Source: Escherichia phage vB_EcoM_DE17
Strand: one strand, 5' to 3'
DNA length: 64,000 nt
Sequence record: OP595146.1
The notes under the pieces were generated by a model. The model ran no database searches and was not told the origin of the DNA. It saw nothing but the letters and a program-made list of their open reading frames with translations. A program made the translations under genes and the position numbers. Positions 53,360-62,522 of the stretch are shown piece after piece (position 1 is the first letter of the stretch; each line of letters begins with the position of its first letter).

Positions 53360-54706
53360 TTATTTGATAAGAGATTTTAGAGCATTCTGGAGAGCCAGTT
53401 TGCGTTGTTCAGCGGTGTCTTCGGAAGCATTCTTAGCTGGTTCTTTTTCTTCTTCAACTAAATCAGCTTCGCCGTCATTACCCACTTCTTCCATAGCGTT
53501 GGAATGTTCAAGAACAGCACCAGCAGTTTCTTTCAGCTTGGTAATTTCTGATTCTTTTTCTTCCATTGCAGAAGCATGGGACGCGATAGTTTCATTAAGT
53601 TTCTGGTTAGCACCTTCCATAGCATTCATAAACAGAACACTCAGAGGGTTATCAAGACCAGCACCTAAAATAGTCGTTGCAGCTTCTTTTGCATCAAATC
53701 CAAAAGCTTCAGCAGAAGCAGAAATCTTATTAGTCAAATCTGACAAAGCAGCTTCCTGTTCTTTAGCTTTCATTTGAGCAACCTGAAGACGCAAAGCTTC
53801 TAGTTCTTGCTTTTCTTGTTCAGTCATTTCTTCACCTGAATTGTTAACGTTTAAACTTACAGGAGCCTCTTCAGAACCTTGTAAGTAATTTAAGAAATCA
53901 TCTTGAGACATGATTGAGTTAATTAAACCAAGTTCAAGAGCTTCCTGAGCAGAATAAACATTCGCCTCAGTATTCTTTACAGCTTCTTCAGAGATATTAC
54001 GTGATTCAGCTACAAAACCTGTGAAGGTTGCGTAGGTATCATTAATTCTCTTTTGAAGTCTTTCTTTGCTTTCTTCTGAAAGTGCTTGGAATGGTGAACC
54101 CATACCTTTAAACTCACCAGCTTTGATGACGTTAATTGTTACGCCATTCTTTTCAAATGCCTTAGTTAATTCCTGATGAACCATGATTACACCGATAGAA
54201 CCAACATCTGCATCTGGTGATGCAATAATTTCTTCAGCAGAAGATGCAAGAGCATATGCAGCGGAACAAGCGAACTCATCTACATAAGCAATAATTTTCT
54301 TTTGGCCTCTTGAAGCCATAATGTGACGTGCTAATTCAAAGCAACCTGAAGCTTCACCACCACCAGAATCAATGTGCAGAACAATAGTCTTAATTGACTC
54401 ATCTGCTAAAGCTTCGTCAAAGCCTCTGCGTAAACCTTCATAAGAACTTAAACCACCTGTGCACATTGCATCAATGAATGTCATACGATGGGTTAAGCCA
54501 CCCATAATAGGGATAATAGCAATATCATCTTTTACTTTTAAAAGACTTCTTGCATCACCTTTTGGGTTATCAAAGTTTACTGCTGCTTGGACATCACCCA
54601 GCAATCTGTTATTCACATAAGTTGCTGCTGAGTGAGCTAATGATTCAGTGGCTAGTAAAGGTTGGTTGAATAATCTATCAGCAAGTCTGAAGATATTCGA
54701 ACTCAT
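53360..54706 (-). CDS. prohead protease (S49/ClpP-like) fused to scaffold-like C-terminal domain
   Basis: N-terminal half has ClpP/SppA-like pattern (HIDSGGGEASG, serine region); C-terminal ~200 aa Ala/Glu/Lys-rich coiled coil. Confidence 0.75.
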   Translation of the reverse strand: MSSNIFRLADRLFNQPLLATESLAHSAATYVNNRLLGDVQAAVNFDNPKGDARSLLKVKDDIAIIPIMGGLTHRMTFIDAMCTGGLSSYEGLRRGFDEALADESIKTIVLHIDSGGGEASGCFELARHIMASRGQKKIIAYVDEFACSAAYALASSAEEIIASPDADVGSIGVIMVHQELTKAFEKNGVTINVIKAGEFKGMGSPFQALSEESKERLQKRINDTYATFTGFVAESRNISEEAVKNTEANVYSAQEALELGLINSIMSQDDFLNYLQGSEEAPVSLNVNNSGEEMTEQEKQELEALRLQVAQMKAKEQEAALSDLTNKISASAEAFGFDAKEAATTILGAGLDNPLSVLFMNAMEGANQKLNETIASHASAMEEKESEITKLKETAGAVLEHSNAMEEVGNDGEADLVEEEKEPAKNASEDTAEQRKLALQNALKSLIK

Positions 54707-54717
54707 TTTTACTCACC

Positions 54718-55050
54718 CTATTTGTTTAAATCTACAGAGACTGAAGAGATAACATAGATACCTTCTTCAGCAAAGAATTGAGGTTTGCTAAGAGCACCAG
54801 TTGCCACGCATTTATCGTTAGCATCCCACAAGCTATAGTGTGAGACCGTTGCAGAAGCTGGAACAGTAATATTAACTGTGTCTTCTGAGGCAATTAAGCC
54901 ATTATCCGGTTCAGAAAAATAAATAGCCACTGGCTGAGTAACCTTATTTGCTGTAGGGTCTGCCGTTGGGTCTACATTGTGTAAAATAATAGTCGTTGGG
55001 GTTAGCGTGGCGAGGATTTTATTCTTACCATCAATAGTTAATGTTCCCAT
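54718..55050 (-). CDS. hypothetical head protein
   Basis: 110 aa. Confidence 0.4.
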   Translation of the reverse strand: MGTLTIDGKNKILATLTPTTIILHNVDPTADPTANKVTQPVAIYFSEPDNGLIASEDTVNITVPASATVSHYSLWDANDKCVATGALSKPQFFAEEGIYVISSVSVDLNK

Positions 55051-55550
55051 TAATTAAACCTTACTTTTTGTTTAAGGACTGTTGAATGGTTACCAGATTC
55101 ATCTACCACATTTACAATCATATCATATACTTTACCTTTGACAAGTACTTTGTAATCATTTTGTGAAAAAATGTATTCAAGTCTGTTTGTTTCTTTGTTA
55201 ACTGTCATTGGGGATTGAAATGCAGTATCGAGGGTAATGAAAGCGGCTTCAATGCTATTAACATTGATACGTTTATTCTCGCAGTTATATAACTTTACAC
55301 CCAAAAGGCATGAACTGTCAAATGGAATTTTAACAATTTCACTACAATTTCCTGAAATAAACGGTTTACCACTCATTGGTGCATCAAGTAACCTGCAAAT
55401 AGTGAAAACGTCAGAGACTCCACCATCACTAACATAACCTGAAAGGCTGACCCTTGAGCCAGCCTCTACAGATAGCTTATCAGTAATGATAAGGACACCC
55501 CTATACGAATGCACTCGTGTAGCATTTGAAATAGAGATAACTTCAGCCAT
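55050..55550 (-). CDS. hypothetical head protein
   Basis: 166 aa. Confidence 0.4.
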   Translation of the reverse strand: MAEVISISNATRVHSYRGVLIITDKLSVEAGSRVSLSGYVSDGGVSDVFTICRLLDAPMSGKPFISGNCSEIVKIPFDSSCLLGVKLYNCENKRINVNSIEAAFITLDTAFQSPMTVNKETNRLEYIFSQNDYKVLVKGKVYDMIVNVVDESGNHSTVLKQKVRFN

Positions 55551-57025
55551 TATTTATTTGCCTTATTTGCTGTGCTTGGGTCTTTCGCTGAAGGTGTCTT
55601 TGCAGTACCTTCTCCAGCGGTCTTATAACCATCTCCTGAACGGCTTTGGCTATTTGGAGAAAGTTTTTCAGATACTGGCTGAGACTCATCAGCAGGAGGA
55701 AGACCAATATGCTCTCTAAGTTTGTTAGATAGCTCTTTGTCAACTTCCAAAGCACCTACTGCAACAGTCTTCTGAATATAAGAACCAATTACTTCAAGGT
55801 CTGGAGTTTCGATATCATCATATGTGATTTGTACATGTTCTTCATCATCCCACATATTAAGAGCATAAGTTTGTGCAACTAAATCACGGTTAATTACGTT
55901 CTTAATTTGCTTCAGCAGAATATCTACTGACATTGCTAATAGGCTTGTCTTAGAATCTGCAAGAGAGAATGAACCATATTTTGACTGACCCATAGCAAGA
56001 ACATCTGACATAAATGCCATCATAATTTGCTTGGAATATCTGTCAATGATAGAACCTGTATCGTATGCTTTAGCACCCTGTCTAGAAACTAATGAGAACT
56101 CGAAGATATCCTCTTTAGTATCTGGGTCGATATATCTAGGCCAGATTAAACCTGCTCTGTCATTAGCAATCATATCGTTAACAACAGTTTTGCAGTATTG
56201 TACGAAAGCTTTCTTTTCAGGCTCTGCATTTTCATCCAGATAGTCTGGTGGTAAACCAATCTTTGGCATACCTACTAAGTCTCTTGAAACACCAACAGCT
56301 TCATACTCTTCAATCTGTACTTTATATTTCCACGGTACATAAGCATTAAGTAATGGTGAACGACCTTCTGGGTTACCATACTCATCATCATACTTAAACA
56401 GCATGAATTTAGCTCGTGGGAGTTTTCTTGTTAGTGGTCTTTCTCCAAGATTAATTGCTCCAGCAATATGTGAAACATTTCTCAGATTCTGTCTAACACC
56501 AGTAACTTTTCTAAAGTCTTCGTCAAAATACCACTTATCAAGTGTTGACTGGTTTCTGATTGGTAATTTAGCCCATCCAATTAGACCATCATCAAATTTT
56601 GACTGGTACTTTCCTTTTTTACCCTGACGTTTCTTATAAACCTTTTCGTTAACACAGAACCCATAAGTGCAGAATGACATTACAGAGTTAATAAAATCTG
56701 CCCAATCATGCTCCATGTCATCCATTAAAGAATTAAAGAAGTCTGCTCTTTCAAGCATTTTAGGGTCTTGCTCTTTCCCCTTTGGAGGTACGAATCTCCA
56801 GTTGACTTTTCTGACAAACATCTTAATAATATTTACAGATGCTGCTACAGCAGGGTCACGCATCATTAATTGGAAAGTTTTAATACTTTCAGGGAACCTT
56901 AGTGCCTGACGAGGTTCTTCATAGATTCTTCCATTCTTAACCTTCAGACCCAAAGAACCTACTTCACCCATTCTAAATGGTGGTAAGCTTTCTTGTGTTT
57001 CTGTAATATCTGCCATTCTTCTCAC
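55550..57025 (-). CDS. portal protein
   Basis: 491 aa directly downstream of large terminase and upstream of protease. Confidence 0.75.
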   Translation of the reverse strand: MRRMADITETQESLPPFRMGEVGSLGLKVKNGRIYEEPRQALRFPESIKTFQLMMRDPAVAASVNIIKMFVRKVNWRFVPPKGKEQDPKMLERADFFNSLMDDMEHDWADFINSVMSFCTYGFCVNEKVYKKRQGKKGKYQSKFDDGLIGWAKLPIRNQSTLDKWYFDEDFRKVTGVRQNLRNVSHIAGAINLGERPLTRKLPRAKFMLFKYDDEYGNPEGRSPLLNAYVPWKYKVQIEEYEAVGVSRDLVGMPKIGLPPDYLDENAEPEKKAFVQYCKTVVNDMIANDRAGLIWPRYIDPDTKEDIFEFSLVSRQGAKAYDTGSIIDRYSKQIMMAFMSDVLAMGQSKYGSFSLADSKTSLLAMSVDILLKQIKNVINRDLVAQTYALNMWDDEEHVQITYDDIETPDLEVIGSYIQKTVAVGALEVDKELSNKLREHIGLPPADESQPVSEKLSPNSQSRSGDGYKTAGEGTAKTPSAKDPSTANKANK

Positions 57026-57032
57026 CTAGCTA

Positions 57033-58649
57033 TCAACGTCTAAGCCCCTCATATGGGTTTCCTCTCACTAAGTCTGTGTGAGCACCCATTGATGGTGGCT
57101 TGAATAATTTAACTTCGTTAAGACTGTTGAAAGCATCACTGGTAGCATCCACTTGGTCATCTTTAGTTTTACCATCACCACAAAAACCTTCAAGTTCTTG
57201 GAAGTAAGCTTCGTTCCAACTACCTCTCAAGACTTTTACAAGTCCAGCTTCAGAAGCAGCAGAAAACCCCGCAAATCGGGTAACTTTGTCTTTATTTGTT
57301 GGTTTAGCTCTTGCTCGATAACCTTTCTCGGCAAGTTTCCTGATGAGGGATGTTGCGTAGGATTTACCAGCAGCGCCTGGGTCTTGAGGGATAAAAATAC
57401 CAGTTCGCTTACCGTCACTTTCAGCAGTCAAATTAATTTGTGTTTCGACTCCAGAGGGTCTATCTCTAAATCTTACTACATCAATGATATAATAGCAACC
57501 GTCTTTTTTAGATTTACCCATCTTAACACCTGCTGTCCAGTCTGGATTAGGGTTAATCTCAGATGGTAAAGTTGCTGCTAAGTCCCATGCTCTGACATCG
57601 AATACATCTTCTGGGAGTGAATCAACAATTTCACACCATTGTCTTTGCCAATAGTTTGAACCTTCTGCACGAGCCTTCCAGTTACCGAAACGAAGCCTTG
57701 CAACGTTTACAGGGGTGTTGTTTTCCAACTTACCACGATATTTAGGTTCTAAGAAGTCAAGAATTGGGTTATCATCAATCGTACCAGAGATGAATGTATA
57801 TGTTTGAGGAATCTCAAGAGGAAACATTTCAAGAATCTTGTCTCTCTCCCAATCAGAAACCATAACACCATCATTCATTACATACCAACGAATACGACCA
57901 CACTTTTCAGGGTCTGGGTAACCTTCTTCATCTAAGAATGGTTCTACCCAATCGTAAATAAAGTGGTCTCTGTCTGGGTTCATAGAAATCTTCATGTATG
58001 AATCACCTTCAGCCCCAGAACGTAGACGAGTCTGTAGGTATGAAATCTGTGAAGCAGAGAAGTGTGTACCTTCGTCAAAGTAAATAGCTGAATACTCAAT
58101 ACCCTGATGACCTTCAGCGTGCTTTTCAAGTTCTAGATAGGTAAACTTGATAGTTGCCCCAGAAGGGAATGTGATAGTCATCTTCTGCTCGTGAGGAACC
58201 CCACCAAACTTACCAAATAGTTTCTTTGCAGCAGGCCACAAACCACCTTGTAACTGTGTTGTGTTTCGACGGAAATATACAGCATTATAATTAGGGTCTT
58301 CAATAAATCTTAAAGAGTCCATTAACAATGCAGCAGTCTTACCAGCACCCGCAGCACCACCATAGAGAACCAAGTCAGCATTAGTATTTAAAAAGACCTC
58401 TTGAGAACCCGGCTGAGGGGCTACATAGTTCTTATCCGTCATCAATTTGAAGATAAGTCTAACTTGGTCTGGTGTGTATCTTAATAAAGTCAGAATTTGA
58501 GTTGGAAGGAATTTAGAGGGGTCTTTACCGAATGATTTGATAATTTCTTTTACTTCATCAGAAAGCCCCAACTCTCCAGCTAGGACTTTCCTAACATCTT
58601 CCACTCGCTTCTGCTTAACAGCATTTAAGTCCATTAAGCACCTCCGCAA
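57033..58649 (-). CDS. terminase large subunit
   Basis: Walker A VLYGGAAGAGKT; C-terminal nuclease-like acidic residues; 538 aa. Confidence 0.9.
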   Translation of the reverse strand: MRRCLMDLNAVKQKRVEDVRKVLAGELGLSDEVKEIIKSFGKDPSKFLPTQILTLLRYTPDQVRLIFKLMTDKNYVAPQPGSQEVFLNTNADLVLYGGAAGAGKTAALLMDSLRFIEDPNYNAVYFRRNTTQLQGGLWPAAKKLFGKFGGVPHEQKMTITFPSGATIKFTYLELEKHAEGHQGIEYSAIYFDEGTHFSASQISYLQTRLRSGAEGDSYMKISMNPDRDHFIYDWVEPFLDEEGYPDPEKCGRIRWYVMNDGVMVSDWERDKILEMFPLEIPQTYTFISGTIDDNPILDFLEPKYRGKLENNTPVNVARLRFGNWKARAEGSNYWQRQWCEIVDSLPEDVFDVRAWDLAATLPSEINPNPDWTAGVKMGKSKKDGCYYIIDVVRFRDRPSGVETQINLTAESDGKRTGIFIPQDPGAAGKSYATSLIRKLAEKGYRARAKPTNKDKVTRFAGFSAASEAGLVKVLRGSWNEAYFQELEGFCGDGKTKDDQVDATSDAFNSLNEVKLFKPPSMGAHTDLVRGNPYEGLRR

Positions 58650-58655
58650 ATAGAA

Positions 58656-58856
58656 TTATTCAGAGTCTGTAGCAGTCTCTTCTTTCTTAACTTCGAACTT
58701 TGCATCAACAGCATCAAGAAGTGCATCCATAGATGCTTCTTTAATATCAATACCTGTTGCTACAGATAATCTGTCTGCAATTGCCATGATAGTATTCTGC
58801 ATAAATTCTAGCTTCTTATTAGCTTCATAAAGTTCTTTATAAACGGTCTCGCTCAT
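58656..58856 (-). CDS. hypothetical small protein upstream of terminase
   Basis: 66 aa, acidic; too small to call small terminase confidently. Confidence 0.4.
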   Translation of the reverse strand: MSETVYKELYEANKKLEFMQNTIMAIADRLSVATGIDIKEASMDALLDAVDAKFEVKKEETATDSE

Positions 58857-58898
58857 TATGTTTTCTCCAAATAGTTAATCATGTTTCCCCTTAAAAAA

Positions 58899-58916
58899 GA
58901 CGGTACAGAGACCGTC
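58899..58916 (-). terminator. intrinsic terminator at downstream end of tRNA cluster
   Basis: Minus strand GACGGT-CTCTGT-ACCGTC followed by TTTTTTAAGG, between tRNA-Cys and the gene at 58656..58856. Confidence 0.6.
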
Positions 58917-59078
58917 AAGGAGAAACCACAATGTACGTCAGAGACATACTGTATAAGGCTTCTTATAAAGTATAACTCTGTAAAAAAGCCCTGTCTAAAA
59001 ATACTCTTCGGTAGCGAAAGGAAGAATACTTATAGCAGGGCATTATTATTATTTTAATTGAGAGAGAGTAAAATAACT

Positions 59079-59153
59079 TGGAGAATCCGAAGGGACTCGA
59101 ACCCTTATAAACCTGTTTTGCAGACAGGCACATATCCATTTCTGTCACGGATT
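59079..59153 (-). tRNA. tRNA-Cys (anticodon GCA)
   Basis: Hand-folded: acceptor gaatccg/cggattc, T-arm AAGGG-TTCGAGT-CCCTT, loop CTGCAAA, CCA encoded. Confidence 0.7.
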
Positions 59154-59157
59154 CAAA

Positions 59158-59250
59158 TTGGAGGAAGATACCAGACTTGAACTGGTACACCGATTTCTCA
59201 GCTACTGGCAGTTTAGCAAACTGCTCCCTTACCTTTTAGGGTTAATCTTC
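59158..59250 (-). tRNA. tRNA-Ser (anticodon GCT), class II
   Basis: 93 nt; anticodon stem GCAGT/ACTGC, loop TTGCTAA, long variable arm, T-arm ACCAG-TTCAAGT-CTGGT. Confidence 0.65.
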
Positions 59251-59252
59251 CA

Positions 59253-59987
59253 TTATTTCTGTAATGCGTTCTTCATTTCTGGTGTTGCAATAGTGTCAAT
59301 TACACCAGTTTTACAAGCATCATCAAACCAGTCTGGTAAGATACCTGCTAAGAACCCATTGATATTCGTTTTAAGGTACTCTGCAATAAGGGCAGCTTCT
59401 TCTTCAATCATCTGCACAACTTCATCTGCATAAGCTGTAATCTTTGAGATACCTTCATTAATCTTACTAACAGCTTGGTTAGCTAAATCAGAAATAGTAT
59501 CAAGACCTTTATCAATAGCATCCTGTAAGTCACTTAATACATCATTAACACCGTCTAGTGCACTGTTAATCGTATCCATAGCTTTTTGACCATACTCTGT
59601 AGCAACACCCATAATACCACTAAATGGTGTACAGCCAACTTGTTCACCTGCTGCACCCATAACATTAGAATAGCCTTTTGCTACCTGCATACGTGAGGAA
59701 AACTCATCAATGGACTTTTGACCATAATCTGTCAGTGTCTTAGTAGTTGATGTAGTGCTTGTCAGACTCGTTGTAAAGCTGTTAAGCAGAACTGTTGTAA
59801 GTCCAGCAGCAACAAGTTTATCTTTTATTGTAGGGTCTGTTACAGAGCTAATAGAGCTTACAAGTGATGTAGAGGCAGCTACGGTTCCACCGAGAACTGC
59901 TGCACCAGTAATAAGGGGATTAGAAAACCCTCTACCGGTTTTTAAGAGATTAAAAATCTCCTTACCTTGTTCTGTCATCTCTTTCAT
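59253..59987 (-). CDS. hypothetical Ser/Thr-rich protein embedded in tRNA cluster
   Basis: About 244 aa; start set to ATG at 59987 (MKEMTEQ) so it does not overlap the tRNA at 60004..60080; ends 3 nt before tRNA-Ser. Confidence 0.45.
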   Translation of the reverse strand: MKEMTEQGKEIFNLLKTGRGFSNPLITGAAVLGGTVAASTSLVSSISSVTDPTIKDKLVAAGLTTVLLNSFTTSLTSTTSTTKTLTDYGQKSIDEFSSRMQVAKGYSNVMGAAGEQVGCTPFSGIMGVATEYGQKAMDTINSALDGVNDVLSDLQDAIDKGLDTISDLANQAVSKINEGISKITAYADEVVQMIEEEAALIAEYLKTNINGFLAGILPDWFDDACKTGVIDTIATPEMKNALQK

Positions 59988-60003
59988 TAAGCACCTTTGG
60001 AAT

Positions 60004-60080
60004 TGGTAGTCCAGTGGGATTTGAACCCTCTTCTCATGTTTTTCAGACACGCGCTTTAACCATATAAGCTACTTGGACTA
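60004..60080 (-). tRNA. tRNA-Phe (anticodon GAA)
   Basis: T-loop TTCAAAT, anticodon loop CTGAAAA; one T-stem mismatch in hand fold. Confidence 0.6.
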
Positions 60081-60085
60081 TAAAT

Positions 60086-60161
60086 TGGGGTGACCTACGG
60101 GATTTGAACCCGTATAGACCATGTTCACAGCATGGGTCATTACCATTTATGATAAGGCCAC
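60086..60161 (-). tRNA. tRNA-His (anticodon GTG)
   Basis: Anticodon stem CCATG/CATGG, loop CTGTGAA; T-arm ACGGG-TTCAAAT-CCCGT. Confidence 0.65.
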
Positions 60162-60192
60162 ATTTAAGGACTCTCGTAAGAACCCTTAGAAG

Positions 60193-60268
60193 TGGCAGCG
60201 GCATAAGGATTTGAACCTTAATAAGACAGCTTCAGAGACTGCTGCATTGCCAGTTATGCTATACCGCT
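60193..60268 (-). tRNA. tRNA, probably Gln (anticodon CTG)
   Basis: T-arm TAAGG-TTCAAAT-CCTTA; anticodon loop CTCTGAA on a stem with two G-U pairs. Confidence 0.5.
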
Positions 60269-60273
60269 AAATT

Positions 60274-60352
60274 TGGTACTCCATATCGGATTCGAACCGA
60301 TACATAACACAGATTTTAAGTCTGGCCTCTCTGCCAATTGGAGTAATGGAGC
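60274..60352 (-). tRNA. tRNA, isotype uncertain (loop suggests anticodon TAA)
   Basis: T-arm ATCGG-TTCGAAT-CCGAT, CCA encoded; loop CTTAAAA; short variable arm is atypical for Leu. Confidence 0.5.
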
Positions 60353-60354
60353 AT

Positions 60355-60429
60355 TGGCGGGGGATGTTGGAATTGAACCAACTTCTTCGATTTCAAAGAC
60401 CGAGGTTTTAACCTTGTAAACTAATCCCC
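60355..60429 (-). tRNA. tRNA-Gln (anticodon TTG)
   Basis: T-arm GTTGG-TTCAATT-CCAAC, loop CTTTGAA; 1-72 mismatch in hand fold. Confidence 0.55.
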
Positions 60430-60438
60430 TTTAAATCT

Positions 60439-60996
60439 TTACTTTCTCAGTGGATGAATAAAGAATGCCAACATAACTCTTTCCCTTGAGAATGCTCTTT
60501 CTTCTGGGACAACACTTTTTAGCTTCCATCCAACATAAATTCTCCAGTAGAATTGTTTACCAAAGACTTTAATTGATGGGATAAAAGCGAATAATCCCCA
60601 AGCATTACTGTTCCACATTAGGAGATAACCTGTCTGATTATCTTCAGGGTTAGAACTTACGTTGATATTACCTTTCCACTTAGTAACATCTTTTACATCT
60701 CTTCCTAATACATGGTAAGAGAAGTTATAAGCTTTGTTTCTCCAGAGCCAACCAACTCTCTGCATATAGACACCAAGCTTGCCAATCTTTCTAATCTTAG
60801 CCCATCGTTCGACATGCCCTTTATCACCATCAATTGGGTTGTCATATGTCTCCATCCATCTGAAGCCGAAAGGTAAGTGTCCTTTCTTCTCACTGTAAAA
60901 TGGAACTACAAAAGGTGCTAAGATAACTGCTAAGATTGCTGCAAATGGTTCTAACAAAGCTAAGAAAATCCATGAAGCATACTTCAAATATCTCAT
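60439..60996 (-). CDS. membrane protein embedded in tRNA cluster
   Basis: 185 aa; N-terminal hydrophobic helix ASWIFLALLEPFAAILAVILAPFVV; flanked by tRNAs. Confidence 0.5.
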   Translation of the reverse strand: MRYLKYASWIFLALLEPFAAILAVILAPFVVPFYSEKKGHLPFGFRWMETYDNPIDGDKGHVERWAKIRKIGKLGVYMQRVGWLWRNKAYNFSYHVLGRDVKDVTKWKGNINVSSNPEDNQTGYLLMWNSNAWGLFAFIPSIKVFGKQFYWRIYVGWKLKSVVPEERAFSRERVMLAFFIHPLRK

Positions 60997-61015
60997 CTAA
61001 ATAGCCTCTTTAAAT

Positions 61016-61091
61016 TGGCGCAGGATAAGGGATTCGAACCCCTATTAACAGCTTCGTAGACTGTTGCTCTATCCATTTGAACTAATCCTGC
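61016..61091 (-). tRNA. tRNA-Arg (anticodon ACG)
   Basis: Acceptor gcaggat/atcctgc, T-arm GGGG-TTCGAAT-CCCTT, loop CTACGAA. Confidence 0.7.
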
Positions 61092-61204
61092 TTACCTACA
61101 AGAACACCATACAGTTTTTCACAAGAGTTGTTTTTACGCCTGTTTTTGAATGACGCTATAAACTTTTTTGCAATTGACTTATTACTCATAGTGTTCTCCT
61201 AAAA

Positions 61205-61283
61205 TTGGTGTTCCAAGACGGATTCGAACCGTCACTAGTACAAGGTTTGAGCTTGCATCCTCTGCCAATTGGGATACTGGAAC
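61205..61283 (-). tRNA. tRNA, isotype uncertain (loop suggests anticodon CAA)
   Basis: T-arm GACGG-TTCGAAT-CCGTC; D-stem ATCC/GGAT; loop CTCAAAC; short variable arm. Confidence 0.5.
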
Positions 61284-61284
61284 A

Positions 61285-61359
61285 TGGTACTCACTAAAGG
61301 ACTTGAACCTTTTTCTTCATCTTGTAAGGGTGATGTTTTACCATATAAACTAAGCGAGT
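61285..61359 (-). tRNA. tRNA, possibly Val (anticodon TAC)
   Basis: T-arm AAAGG-TTCAAGT-CCTTT; loop CTTACAA with one stem mismatch. Confidence 0.5.
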
Positions 61360-61455
61360 ATGAAAGAGGTCTGAAGTTGTGCCGCTAACTCAACTCCGTG
61401 GGATTTGTTACGGTCTTCAGTTGACTCAAAGCGGTCTTTCACTTGACCTCTAAAT

Positions 61456-61531
61456 TGGTGCTCCCACAAGGATTCGAACCCTGATAAGTTGCTTACAAGG
61501 CAACCGTAATAGCCAATTATACGATAGGAGC
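61456..61531 (-). tRNA. tRNA-Thr (anticodon TGT)
   Basis: Perfect anticodon stem GTTGC/GCAAC, loop CTTGTAA. Confidence 0.7.
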
Positions 61532-61538
61532 ATTAATT

Positions 61539-61613
61539 TGGAGCATCCAGAGGGAATCGAACCCTCAACATCAGTTTGGAAGACTGTAATTTTCCCGTTT
61601 AAACTATGGATGC
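61539..61613 (-). tRNA. tRNA-Gly (anticodon TCC)
   Basis: T-arm GAGGG-TTCGATT-CCCTC, loop CTTCCAA. Confidence 0.65.
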
Positions 61614-61619
61614 ACTAAT

Positions 61620-61695
61620 TGGTGGAGTCACTGAGAATTGAACTCAGTTCCCAAGTTTGCAAAACTCGAATTTTAACCATATAAACTATGACCCC
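61620..61695 (-). tRNA. tRNA-Ala (anticodon TGC)
   Basis: Acceptor GGGGTCA with G3-U70 pair typical of tRNA-Ala; loop TTTGCAA. Confidence 0.7.
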
Positions 61696-61701
61696 ATTGT
61701 T

Positions 61702-61777
61702 TGGTACAGGTGGAGGGAATTGAACCCATCGTCTTACTGATTAAGAGTCAGCCGCATAACCATTTTGCTACACCTGC
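61702..61777 (-). tRNA. tRNA-Lys (anticodon CTT)
   Basis: Loop CTCTTAA on stem GCTGA/TCAGT; T-loop TTCAATT. Confidence 0.6.
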
Positions 61778-61784
61778 ATTAATT

Positions 61785-61862
61785 TGGTAGGAGACAAGGG
61801 ATTCGAACCCTCAAACACCAACTTCTAAGGATGGTAGGTTTACCAATTACCGTCAATCTCCC
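61785..61862 (-). tRNA. tRNA, isotype uncertain (loop suggests anticodon TAG)
   Basis: T-arm GAGGG-TTCGAAT-CCCTT, CCA encoded; loop CTTAGAA; D-arm fold ambiguous. Confidence 0.5.
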
Positions 61863-62116
61863 ATTAAATCTTTTTAGAGAACTTCTAAGAACCTAAGCAA
61901 CAAGGTTCCACAACAAGCTGTAATAACCTTAGAAGCCCTCTAAAAAGACCTAAATTGGTCTTTGCATAGTCTTGTTTAATCCGGTGACTAGAACCTTTGG
62001 AGAGCTTGATATTATCTCTTCTCCGTGACACCTACTAGGTGCTTTATCAGTGTGTACGACAATACACGAGGGATACCAAAGCAACATCCGAATGAAGCTT
62101 GGCTTTAAATCTTATT

Positions 62117-62207
62117 AGGCGGTAAGTAAAGGAGTCGAACCCTCACCGTATCTCTACAGTGGCAACTGTTTTCAAGACAGTTTGGCTACCATTAGCCGCT
62201 ACCTACC
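62117..62207 (-). tRNA. tRNA-Ser (anticodon TGA), class II
   Basis: 91 nt; perfect anticodon stem ACTGT/ACAGT, loop CTTGAAA, long variable arm; 3' CCA not encoded. Confidence 0.7.
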
Positions 62208-62220
62208 CCTAATAAGACTT

Positions 62221-62303
62221 TGGCATGGGACGGAGGAGTTGAACCCCTTTGAAACGGTTTTGGAGGCCGTTGCTCATGCCTTAGAGTCTTAACATCGTCC
62301 CAC
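62221..62303 (-). tRNA. tRNA-like gene, isotype uncertain (possibly Trp, anticodon CCA)
   Basis: T-loop TTCAACT and paired acceptor ends; 83 nt; internal fold ambiguous; candidate loop CTCCAAA. Confidence 0.45.
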
Positions 62304-62445
62304 ACTATAATTCGAAGCTTACCGTATTTTCGCAACACTGTAAAGCCCCTTCTCAGATTATTTACATGTTCTGGAAAACATGAGATACAGACCACCTCCT
62401 TACACGGAGACCCGATAAGGTCGTCTAAGCAATCTGCTAACTATT

Positions 62446-62522
62446 TGGCACACCCTACAGGATTCGAACCTGTAACTAACGATTTAGAAGACCGTTGCTC
62501 TATCCAATTGAACTAAGGGTGC
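62446..62522 (-). tRNA. tRNA-Arg (anticodon TCT)
   Basis: T-arm ACAGG-TTCGAAT-CCTGT, loop CTTCTAA; D-arm near-identical to tRNA-Arg(ACG). Confidence 0.7.

Noticed and set aside
58963-59433. ORFs 58963..59190 (-) and 59158..59433 (+) from the track
   Set aside because: They overlap tRNA-Cys and tRNA-Ser, whose folds are well supported; treated as spurious.
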